Source of the DNA: Carcharhinus amblyrhynchos
Taxonomy: Eukaryota
Direction: 5' to 3'
Length of the DNA stretch: 64,000 nucleotides
NCBI GenBank assembly: GCA_965287045.1
Contig: OZ336874.1
Span: forward strand, 25,544,001 to 25,608,000
A program made the position numbers and the translations under genes. The notes beneath the pieces were generated by a model. The model saw nothing but the letters and a program-made list of their open reading frames with translations. It searched no databases and was not told where the DNA came from. Positions 25,421 to 36,037 of this stretch are shown here, piece after piece (within the stretch, counting starts at the first letter, position 1; each line of letters opens with the position of its first letter).

Positions 25421-26499
25421 CAAAGTAAGGCCCTTTAGCCAGGTGAAGCAAACTTTGACATTACAGGGGAAATCTCTCAATCACACTATAATATTACCCC
25501 AGGTTGAACACTTCACAAGTCCTCACAGTGGCAACAAAAGCCAACGGTGCTCCCACTTCATGCTCAGGTTGGCATTATTCAATATTCACTGCAATAGCGC
25601 AGCTTGGGCCACATCCATACAATCAACTCTGAACAATGTTAACCAGACCGCTAGTTTCGGTCTGAACAGAAGAATTGTGAGGAGAGTGATGCTCTGTTTG
25701 TTGCTTCACTGGTGTTGAGCTGGTTAATACCCAATCCCTACCATCCAAACCTACACCATCACTTGAGGCATTGATAAATATTGTAATCTTTGAGACCTTG
25801 ATTATCTCCATCTTCCCAAGCAACAAGTCTGGCTTGTTAGCCCATTGCAATGTGGATAGCTCAAACACTTCCAATACTCCCATGTAGAAATGGATACTCT
25901 AGACTAGAAGACTACTACAAGTGAGCATCCTTTGTGGTTATAGCTTGAACTTTCATGTTAGCATTGACTATCAGAGAAACCATGACCTATTGGCATTCTA
26001 GTGTGTGATCTCCATGACTTTTACCATTCATTGAGAGTGAATGGTCACAGTTGGCTTCATTATCCACTGAGCTCATCTGTTTGGAGATCTCTCCAGCTAG
26101 GCCTTGATCTTCCACCAACATTTACACAAGTCACCTTTGTCACAGTATCTGAGCGAGAGCCGCTGGTCCTGGAATCACAGTGTTTTCTAGGATTGCTGCT
26201 GCAATATGACCCCGACTAATACTTCCATATATGGGTGACAGACTTCATTGAGGCTGAAGGGGCTGCCAGTAATCAAAATGCAGGTTAGTGTGCAAGTACC
26301 GTTCTTGGTGCTGACAGATTGGCGCACGCACAGTGGCCTGCTCAGTGTTATGCTGCTGGCCTCTCTAGCTGGAATAGGCCCTGCCTAATGAATTTCAACA
26401 GGATTTACTCTGCAGTGCGGGAGTGGGGAGATTCATTTTGAAAGCCCCGCTGAAAAAAAACACACAATTTAGTCATTTTTACACAAATTCGACACTTGG

Positions 26500-26880
26500 A
26501 ATTCTTTGGGGGGAAAATCATCTCCTACATTCTTCACCTCTTTCTGTCCAGGTCAGAAGCTGCTGTTCAGGAAACTGCTTCTGAAAGTGTACATTCATGG
26601 ATAGACAGAACAGCTGACTTCCAACTGCTTGGAAGTCAGGTCTGCTGTCCTGGACGTCATTCAGCCTGTCCTGCCCTCCCCTGCTGTCAGCCTGCACCAC
26701 AGCATAGGAGCAGAATTTGGTGCTTACCCTGACTCTGAGGAGTAGCAACAGGAACATCAACAACACCAATACCAATAGCAGTATGATCAGTAGCAGCGGC
26801 ATTTGCTTTGGCAGAGTATGTCTCTCAGATACCATTGGTGTTGAATGCTGCTAGAGTGGCTCCAGGAGAATATTGATAAA
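26500..26880 (+). repeat. Dispersed repeat, probably Harbinger-derived; homologous to 28030-28110 plus 28575-28770
   Basis: Shared tctgtcca(g/a)gtcaga..gctg(t/c)tcagg..cttctgaaagtgt, tgtcagcct.cacca and CAG/CAA-rich tract. Confidence 0.55.
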
Positions 26881-26905
26881 TGCCAAGTCATCTGAAGTGT
26901 AAAGA

Positions 26906-27135
26906 CATAGAAACCAGAAGCAGGGGTAGGCCATACAGCCCTTCAAGCTTCCTCCACCTTTCATTATAATTATGGCTGATCATCCTGATCTCCCCTTCCC
27001 CCTATATCCCTTGATCCCTTTAGCCCCAAGAGCAATATCTAATTTCTTCTTGAAATCAGACAATGTTTTGGCCTCAACTACGTTCTGTGGTAGTGAATGC
27101 CACACATTCACCACTCTCTGGGTGAAGAAATTTCT
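26906..27135 (-). mobile_element. CR1 3' end
   Basis: catagaaaccagaagcaggggtaggcc tail; ccactctctgggtgaagaaatttctc. Confidence 0.85.
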
Positions 27136-27399
27136 CTTTTTTTTAGGCAATTTTTATTTTGACAAACGCTGTCCAACTGTTATTCAAGATCCTGCTAGGT
27201 CATGTAGATATAATAAAGTGTTCTTCACAGAGGTGATCCATATGGGTATTCAAAGTTGCTTGTATCTGGGTCTTGACAGTATCTGATTGATGGCCAGGAT
27301 ATTGAGATAAAAAGCATAACAGGTTACTTTATAGGAGCTGTGTAATAACCATGATGATAGATATTGTAGATATGTCACAAATATGCCTACAACATGGAG

Positions 27400-27700
27400 C
27401 CGACCTCATATCTTTCACAGGTATATTAAAAGGGGAAATTGAGATATATGAGATTTTGGTCCCTCCGAGGATGAGACGGGAAATTATCATGCGCAATGTG
27501 GAACAGGCAGAGAAATTGAACAAATATTTTCTGTCTGTCTTCACAAAAGACGACCTAAGTGACACAGCAGAAATCTGGGGGCTAAAACTAAAAAGGAAAT
27601 TAAGGTAATTAATATCAGCAGAGAGAAATGTAAGGGAGTAAAGCCAACAAGTTCTCGGAAACAATGGTCACATGTTAATTTTCTGAAAGGGATAGTTCAG
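27400..27700 (+). mobile_element. Old CR1 ORF2 fragment
   Basis: AEKLNKYFLSVFTKDD, compare LNQYFSSVFT at ~63660. Confidence 0.7.
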
Positions 27701-28108
27701 AATACTAGGTTGAGCTCCCCTGTAAAAATCCATTGTTAAAAGTGGTTCATTCCTAAAGTAAGGCAGCATTTCCGAGTCGCCTGTTTGTCTCCCTATCAGT
27801 CTTTGTGCTGATAATTTCTGGTTCTCTTCCTCATTCTGGGCTGCATTTTTGTGTCAGCAATCGAAGTTCTCGGGTGTGTTCACTGTTAAATAATGAATAA
27901 GTGCAATAAATGTTGGGGAAATATTGCGGACTTTCTCTTATGAGATAGGACACTTAAAAAGTCTCTTGGAAATTGAGATCAGCCCTTCAGAGATTGCCTC
28001 CACTGAAATTGAGAAAGTGCACCCCGAGGATAAAATCTTCATTCTTTTCTTGCCTCTGTCCAAGTCAGAGCCCGCTGCTCAGGCCACCTCTTCTGAAAGT
28101 GTGCATGA

Positions 28109-28570
28109 CATAGAAACATAGAAACTAGTAGCAAGAGTAGGCCACTTGGCCCTTCAAGCCTGCCCGCCATTCATCTTGATCATGCCTGATCATTGACTTC
28201 AATATCCTGATTCCCCCCTTCCTCCCATATCCCTTAATCCCTTTTGCCTCAAGAGCTTTTTCTAATTTCTTGAAATCTGAGAATGTTTTGGCCTCAATTA
28301 CTTTCTACGATAGTGAATTCCATGCTTTCACCACTCTCTGGGTGAAGAAATTTCTCCTCACCTCAGTTCTAAATGGTTTACCCTTTATCCTCAAACTATG
28401 ACCCTTAGTTCTGGGCTCCCCACAATGGGGAACATTCTTTCTGAATCCACCCTGTCTAACCCCTCTCAGTCATCTAACTCCAGCGAATATAACCAACTTA
28501 GTTTCTCCTCATATGACAGACCTGCTATCTCAGGAATCAACCTTGGGAACCTTCACTGCACTCCCTCAAT
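28109..28570 (-). mobile_element. CR1 3' end inserted in the dispersed repeat
   Basis: catagaaacatagaaac tail; same subfamily as 40265 and 51400. Confidence 0.88.
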
Positions 28571-29264
28571 AATTCAGACTTGATAGCTAGGAAGTCATCT
28601 CTCCCGGGCTTCATTCATTCCTGACCTGCTTTTCCCTGTTGTCAGCCTTCACCATAACATGTGGGCAGCTTCTACAGCTCCACCTTGACCCTCTAAGATG
28701 CAGTAACAGGAACACCAACAGCAGCAGCAGCAAAACCAGCAACACCACTAGCTGCCTTTGCCTCAGTCACTTACAACTGTACAAGGCATAACTGATGGAC
28801 CCAGAGATCCAACTGGTAGGAGGTGAAACCCCAAAATAGGGTCTCCATGCAAAGGGCCAGCCTTCTCGACATGTGTGACCACCAATGATCAGGAGGCTTA
28901 GACTTTCATGGCAGATCATTGCTGATATCTGCAGACCCCTGGGATAAGACCTCCTTCCTGGTGGAACAGCTGGCAGTGGTATTCAAGGTGCCTGTGACTG
29001 GAGGGCCAGTCCCTGGTGCTCTGTCTCCGTCTGCAGTTTTCTTCAGTGAAGTCAAGAGAATTGCATGTGGGGAAATGTGGAGAGGTGGGAAGGACAGATT
29101 TTGTGGAAGATATGAGGCATGGCTATGAGATGGTGCAAAGATGAGGCTGGATGTGAGTGTTGGGTGTTCAGATGTGGATATATGTTATTGCCTGGAGTGA
29201 GGAGAATGATTGGAGCTGTGTTGATATGAATATGGACTGTTGTGTACAAGAATGATGGGACAGA

Positions 29265-29460
29265 TCACCTGACAGATTATTGTCACTGCCCTCCTAGTGT
29301 TCTTGAACATCTTAGGGCACTGCTTCCTGGTTCAGGGGACCACACTATAACAGCTCGCTTCCCTGTTCATCCATTCCTATCAGGTAGACCTCTCCCCTTT
29401 TCACCCTTGATCTCATTTGAGACCCTCAGACCCTGCACAAGGAACTGCAGCTAAGGGGCC
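29265..29460 (-). pseudogene. Decayed Myb/SANT-like exon of a Harbinger accessory gene
   Basis: Reverse strand LQFLVQGLR...SVVP*TRKQCPKMFKNTRRA resembles R(T/S)xxQCRKKFNDL. Confidence 0.5.
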
Positions 29461-30087
29461 CAGAACCTGTGGGCAGCTTTTCCGGAATCAATGTAGAGTT
29501 TAGTCATTCTCTCCTGTGTCAGGTGCAAATAAGGTCTAGATGCTGCAGATGTCAACAATGACCTGAGCCTCAGAAAAAAAAAACCTGCCTTTAACAAATT
29601 CAGTATTCCATCCCATTGGTGCCTGAATCCTGTAGTGAGATTCCTGGTGTGACATTAGGTCAGAGTGACAACACAAGGGTCAGGGCGTTGAGCTGCTCAA
29701 TGATCCAGCCTGCAGAGGATGATTTATACTGAGAATGCTGCATAGTATATTGCCCCAGGAGGTGCTGCTGATTAACCATTCACTGGCCTTGCAAACCATG
29801 CTTCTCAGATAATGCTAGATTTGAACTCTGCCAGCTGGAGCTTGGCAGCACATTGGAGAATGACATTCCCTTTAGGGCATCTTTATTTTCTCAAACACTG
29901 CCATAGTACTTTTTGGCCAAAAACATCAATACCGTGTTATTCATAGGCACTAGGTTAAGCTGATTTGCTTCGATCTGGCTCTTGCCAGTATCTGATTGGA
30001 AAGGTGGAAAGCATATCAAGTATCGTGAATCAAGTTATGATTCCCGCCCATGTGATGTCACGATGGAGAGGTGATTTAATTCTGGAA

Positions 30088-30420
30088 ACAAACAAAAAAC
30101 AACAAAGAACAACACAGCACGGGAAACAGGCCCTTTGGCCCAACGAGCCCGCACCGCCATTTTAACATTCTGAGTGCCCTCCTCTACCTATGACCTTTGT
30201 CTACGCCTATTGGGGAAGATTGAGGGAAGACTAATTTAGGGACAAATTGTTACAGCAGTCAGCCTAAGAGCACGTTTTTGGGGTGTGGGAGGACACCGGA
30301 GCACCCGGAGAAAACCCACATAATCATAGGGAGAATGTGCAAACTCCCACAGACACTGGCCCAAATCCATGTATCTGCACAGCAAACAGTGATAGTCACT
30401 GAGCTGTCATGTTGCCCGTC
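30088..30420 (-). mobile_element. Variant V-SINE with an atypical head and a distinct CR1-type tail
   Basis: V-domain at 30275-30357; tail and middle homologous to 44574-44737. Confidence 0.75.
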
Positions 30421-30711
30421 AGTTGGTCCAGTCTAAGTGTACACTAACGATGTGAAGCACTAGGCAACTCTCGAATCAACATCCAAGAGCAGTCCTCGCA
30501 CAACCCACCGCGTGTATGACCCTCGTTGGACAACAAGGTGGACCAAATCACCTGTGAAGTAAAAGAAAAGACATCAATAAACATGCAGAACTTAGACAGA
30601 CATTTACTGAATCCCTAGAAGCTCAGAAGTAAGACAAGTGAGCTATGAAATATGTTGGAAGGTCCATAGGAATCAATTGATTCCCAGGGACATCCCAGGG
30701 CTCTTGATCTT

Positions 30712-30997
30712 TATTTAGAACAGTCTCTTGTATCCCTCCATCTCTAGTCCGCTCATGTGCATATCTAAGTAAGCCTTAAACAACCCCAGCGTGCCTGCCT
30801 CCCCCACCCTACTGGGCAGTGCATTCCAGGCCCCCACCACCCTCTGTGTGAAAAACCTCCCTCTAACATCCAAATTATACCTCACCCCCCTCACCCTAAG
30901 CCCGTGGCCCCTCGTAATTTTTGTATCCAACCTAGGAAAAAGCTTACCACTGTTCACTCTATCTATACTCTTCATAATCTTATACACCTCTATTAGA
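30712..30997 (-). mobile_element. Young CR1 ORF2 C-terminus
   Basis: YKIMKSIDRVNSGKLFP..TRGHGLRV..FFTQRVVGAWNALP..FKAYLD. Confidence 0.92.
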
Positions 30998-31299
30998 TGG
31001 GTCGTGTGGCAAACTCACTAATGAGATTGAAATGCAGTCGATTCATGCCAATCAGCCTTGCACTTGTTCTGGTCGAGAATGGGCACAAACCAGTTAGTGC
31101 CATTAGAAAGGAGACCGGGAGAATTACAAACTGTTTGGTGCAGGGCATGAAATGGAATTTTAGACTTGATTGAGAAGCAGTACCCTCATCCTTTGAATAG
31201 GCGCTTTACATTGATCTGGTTCATCACTGAACTTAATGACATTCAATTCTCTCCACTCCTCCCTTTTTCTTTCAGAGAGCAGTTATTGGAACTGACTCT

Positions 31300-31605
31300 G
31301 TTAACGTCATTCACACCTCTCGACTCATCTTTCATTACTTTACTTGTTCCAATATCACACATTTACCATCATTCTTTTTGTCTTTTAATCACTCTTCCCT
31401 CCATTTTATCACAGGCTGTTCATTTCTTCCTTTCTCCCTCCAACCTCTTGAATCTCTGGCTCTATCCTTCAATATAAATTATTAAATGTATCATTTCTTC
31501 CATCTCTAATGGAAGATCATTGACCTGATACATTTATTGTTTTTCTTTCCACAGGTTCTGCCTGACCTGCTGAATAGTTCTTGTATTTTCTATTTTTATT
31601 TCAGT
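31300..31605 (+). mobile_element. Old Penelope-like 3' end
   Basis: Pyrimidine-rich tract, then tctaatggaagatcattgacctgatac...ccacaggttctgcctgacctgctga, a sense-strand relative of 32277-32411. Confidence 0.55.
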
Positions 31606-32276
31606 TTATGCAGCGACTGTTTTTATTACTGACCTCAAGCTTATTTATCAAATTGAAGGAAAACACGGTATGGTTTTAAAATAATTGCAGTTAAAAAGGA
31701 AGCAATGCTGACAGAGCTGCATTTATTAACTATCCCTATCTACCCTGATGTGCAAGTTTTGATTTTGTTCTCAGAATCGTTCATGGTTCCACTATCTCTA
31801 CAGTCTGCAACCATGCCCCAATTCCCACCATACACCCACATCACCACCACCCCCACCTCCCCCCCACCAACCCTGCTCCCCCCACCCCCCTCTCATCCAT
31901 CTGCAACATGACATAGTAAATCTATTCCTTTGAACTTTCTGGCAGTCTGGAACTTCAACTGAAATAAATTTTCAATTAAGACAGGAACATAGTCTGTTTG
32001 ACCAACAACGCACTGGGTTCTGAAATAAGTCCATTCTCACAGAAGTTTCCAACTTAGCAAAGTTATCTTAGGGATAGACTTTGATTTGATCTGATTTATT
32101 ATTGCCATGTGTACTGGTATACAGTGAAAAATATTGTTTCTTACAAGCTATACAGCCAAAGCATACTGTTCATAGTGTACATACTGGAGAAAGAAAGGAG
32201 AGGGTGCAGAATATAGTGTTGCGGTCACAGATAGGGTGTAGAGAAACATCAACTTAAGATAAGATAGATCCATTCA

Positions 32277-32411
32277 AAATAAAAGCAAATTACTGCAGAT
32301 CTTGGAATCTGAAACCAAAAGAGAAAATGCTGGAAAATCTCAGTCGGTCTGACAGCATCTATAAGGAGAGAAAAGAGCTGATGTTTCGAGTCCAAGTGAC
32401 CCTTTGTCAAA
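32277..32411 (-). mobile_element. Penelope-like terminal fragment inserted in Rex1
   Basis: Reverse strand ctttgacaaagggtcacttggactcgaaacatcagctc...agatgctgtcagacc; Rex1 resumes after a repeated attcaaaa. Confidence 0.7.
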
Positions 32412-32649
32412 GGTCTATTCAAAAGTCTGATGACAGTAGGGAAGAAGCTGTTCTTGAGTTGGTTGGTAATTGTCTTCAGATTTTTGTATCTTTTTCCCAA
32501 CAGAATAAGTTGGAAAAGAGTATGTCCTGCGTATGTGGGGTCCTTGATTATGCTGGCTGCATTTCTGAGGTAACAGCAAGTGTAGATGGAGTTAATGAAT
32601 GGGAGCTGGTTTGCGTGATGGACCGTGTTCACAACCCTTTGTTGTTTAG

Positions 32650-33190
32650 ACATAAGACATAGGAGCAGAATTAAGCCACTCAGCCCATTGAATGGTGGAG
32701 CAGATTCAATCATGGCTAATATTTTTCTCATCCCCATTCTCCTGCCTTTTCCCCATAACCCTGATCCCCTTCTTAATCAAGAACCTATCTATCCCTGTCT
32801 TAAAGACATTGAATGACCTGGCCTCCACGGTCTTTGGCAGCAAAGAGTTCCACAGATTCACCACTCTCTGGCTGAAGAAATTCCTCCTCGTCTCTGTTTT
32901 AAAGGACTTAAGACTGAGTTTGTGTCCTCTGGTTCACGTTTTTCCTACTAGTGGAAACACCTCTCCATGTCCACTCTGCCAGGCTACACAGTATCCTGTA
33001 AGTTTCAATAAGATCCCCCCCTCATCCTTCCAAACTCCAATGAGTACAGATCTAGAGTTCTCAACCATTCCCCATATAAGTCTTCATTCCAGGGATCGTT
33101 CTTGTGAACCTCCTCTGGACCCTTTCAAAGATCAGCACACCCTTCCTTAGAATTGGGACCCAAATTTGCTCACAGTACTCCAAATGTTGT
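32650..33190 (-). mobile_element. CR1 3' end inserted in Rex1
   Basis: HLEYCEQIWVPILRK..ERVQRRFTRTIPGM; cataagacatag tail. Confidence 0.9.
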
Positions 33191-34839
33191 CTTTTGTCTT
33201 TGTCAAAGCAGGAGCCATACATCCAGAAAGGATGCTTTCTATGGTACACCTATAAAGGTTGGTAAGAGTTATAGCAGACATACCAAATTTCCTTAGTTTC
33301 CTGAGAAAGTCAATGTGTTGATGGGCCATAGATGTATATTGGCAGAATAAACTATTGTTAAATTTCTTAATACCAAGCTTAGGATTTTATTTGGGCTGTG
33401 AGGATATGTATATATGCATGTGAGACTGCAATTATTTTATCGTTAATAAATGTTTAATGTTATACCGATTATTTATTACAGCTTATGAATGAGGGTTGTG
33501 TAATTGCAAACAATGTAATTAAAACTATTCATACCATGTTTAACATGTTTAAAAATCTTGAAGGTAAAATGTCAAATTTAAATTCACTGTAATAGCTCCA
33601 GATATACAAACAAATATTAATTTAAAAAATTATACTTATAATACAGCGTAATTTCTCATTAATTGAAAGTGTCTTTGTTTCATATAGGGAATTCTGGAAA
33701 ATGCCAGAACTTAACTTGCGTCCAAAAATGGCTGAAAAAGTGTTTCCTAGCAATTTGTTTGTTTTAATAGAATTTTGAACAGAGATCAGAAAAAACTTCC
33801 ATTGTGTGTTGCCTCTCAACAAAACAGTTAGACAAAAGTTCTTGTCGAATTTAAGTTCATTGAAGAGTTTATTTATTTATGTCTGGAACAAACCAGCTGT
33901 ATTGCATGCTTTCAATAGCAAGATAAAGGACTGTTATTTGTTTCTTATACTTTGCCTTGAAGCAATGCTTCAAATGTTGAAGCCATGTTCATTTATTGTT
34001 GCCTATTGATTCTAGTTCTGAAGTTGTCTATAAAATATATTATTTTCTTTACAAAACTACTGCAGACCTTGTGCGGTTAGTCAAAGAACAGCACAAGAAA
34101 CAGGCCCTTCTGCCCTCCAAGCCTGCGCCACTCACTGGTCCAACTAGACCATTTGTTTGTATCCCTCCATTCCCAGTCTGCTCATGTGACTATCCAGATA
34201 AGTCAAAGAACAAAGAACAAGTTGATGTTACATAAATCCCAAAAGATTAACTCAGTGATAGCTGAGAAAGAAATGCTTTGATTTGGGATACTCTGCCTTT
34301 CCTTCAAAGTGACCCACCAATATCATGAAATTCCAGTATTTTTGAGCACCACCAACAGAAAGATGTCAAAGAATTAACGGGATAGCCCCCAATCAACGTC
34401 CATGTGCAGATGTGCCATCATTCCTCATATCCAGCAGTCAGTTAGCACATTTATTTCTTCCACAAATAGTCACTTAGAAGGCATAGTTTAGGGTAAGCAA
34501 TCACCCACAATTAGCTAAGGAAAAGACTGCAAAGGGATGTTATCATATTTGATTGATGCAAATTGTTTACACCGTATTCCAATGCAAAACAAAATGGAAC
34601 TTGATACCCTCCTCCCAACTAGGAGTGAGCTTGGAGGTGGAAAAGATGCCATGAATGGGGAGGAAAGATGCAGGATGGAGAGAGTTGTTATCTCAATTGC
34701 TCCCAATTATGTCTGGGATGAGAAAAGTCAAGGACAGTCACTGAAGGGCCTCGACATTCACTGCTGGTAAAATACCAGTGGCACGGGGGTGTGCGGCATG
34801 CATGACAAGTGGGGGGTGATTGCAGCATACTCCTCATGT

Positions 34840-35150
34840 CATTGGATGAGTAATCCATGCACCCAAATAGAAATCTCTGGCAATACAGGTTCAAGTCCCA
34901 TCAAGGCATTTGGTGGAATTTGAGTTCAATAATAAATCTAGTATTAAAAGATAAGTCTCTGTAATACTGACTATGGTACCATCATCAATTGTCATAATGA
35001 ACTGGTTTACTAATATCCTTCGGGGAAAAAAAATGCTGTTCTTACCTAGTCTACACATGTGACTACAGACCCACAGCAAGTTACTCAGTTCAAGGGCAAT
35101 TAAGAAGTAGCAGCAAATACTGATCTTGGCTCGCATCTCACGAAAGAATA
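34840..35150 (+). mobile_element. tRNA-derived SINE (second family), degenerate
   Basis: gagtaatcc...caggttcaagtcccatc...ggtggaatttgagttcaa. Confidence 0.65.
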
Positions 35151-35626
35151 AGGGAAGTGTTACTAAGTGTAAGTGTTACTAAGTTAGCCAACCAGTGGCC
35201 CAGAGAATGCCCAATGGAGGGACCCACTAGCGAAAGGACCAACCCCTGAGGGAGGCACCTCTGCCATTTTAAATGATGTCCCCACCTCCAACAGCCCAAT
35301 CCTCATTGACATCTAACTGATTGGCCCCTGTGCTCCATTTGTACTTAGCAGAGTCCTGGGGCTCTAAGGTAGTTCTTCCTCTTGGGTTCTAGTCCAGTAC
35401 CAGCAGTGGCCATTGATTCTATTCTGGACAGGGCAATTTACCAGGCCACAGTCAGGAACAAAAAACATGCAACTTGCGGTTTGTTGTACTCAATGGGAAG
35501 TTTTTATTCAGAGCTGTGCTCACTGTGAGGTTCCATGTGAAAATGAAAGCTGAGGCCCAGTACCTGGCTGATGATGTCACCAGTGCTCACATGACTCACC
35601 TCTTAAAGGGACACTGTCCCAATATA

Positions 35627-36037
35627 ACATAGAACATTGCAGCACAGTATAGGCCCTTTGGCCTTCGATGTTGTGCCGACCAGTGGAACCAATCTAATCA
35701 CCCTCTAACCTAAACTATTCCAGTGTTATCCATATGCCTATCCAATGACCATTTGAATGCCCTTAAAGTTGGCAAGTCCACTACTGCTGCAGGCAGGGCA
35801 TTCCACGCCCTTACTACCCTCTGAGTAAAGAACCTACCTCTAACATCCGTCCTATATTTATCACCCCTCAATTTAAAGCTATGTCCCATCACCATCACCA
35901 TCCGAGGAAAAAGGGTCTCACTGTCCACCCTATCTAATCCTCTGATCATCTTGTATGCCTCAATTAGGTTACCTCTTAACCTTCTTCTCGCTAACGAAAA
36001 CAACCTCAAGTCCCTCAGCCTTTCCTCATAAGACCTT
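35627..36037 (-). mobile_element. CR1 (HER1-like) 3' end
   Basis: ORF 35710-36009: LFSLARRRLRGNLIEAYKMIRGLDRVD...FFTQRVVRAWNALP. Confidence 0.95.

Larger units (their letters stand above)
32080..33330 (-). mobile_element. Rex1/Babar 3' part hosting nested insertions
   Basis: tttgatttgat tail; LKNSFFPTVIRLLN; FLRKLRKFGMSAITLTNLYRCTIESILSGC. Confidence 0.88.

Noticed and set aside
25420-26300. LTR-retrotransposon integrase remnant next to the LTR-like element
   Set aside because: No convincing DDE or zinc-finger motif could be read in any frame
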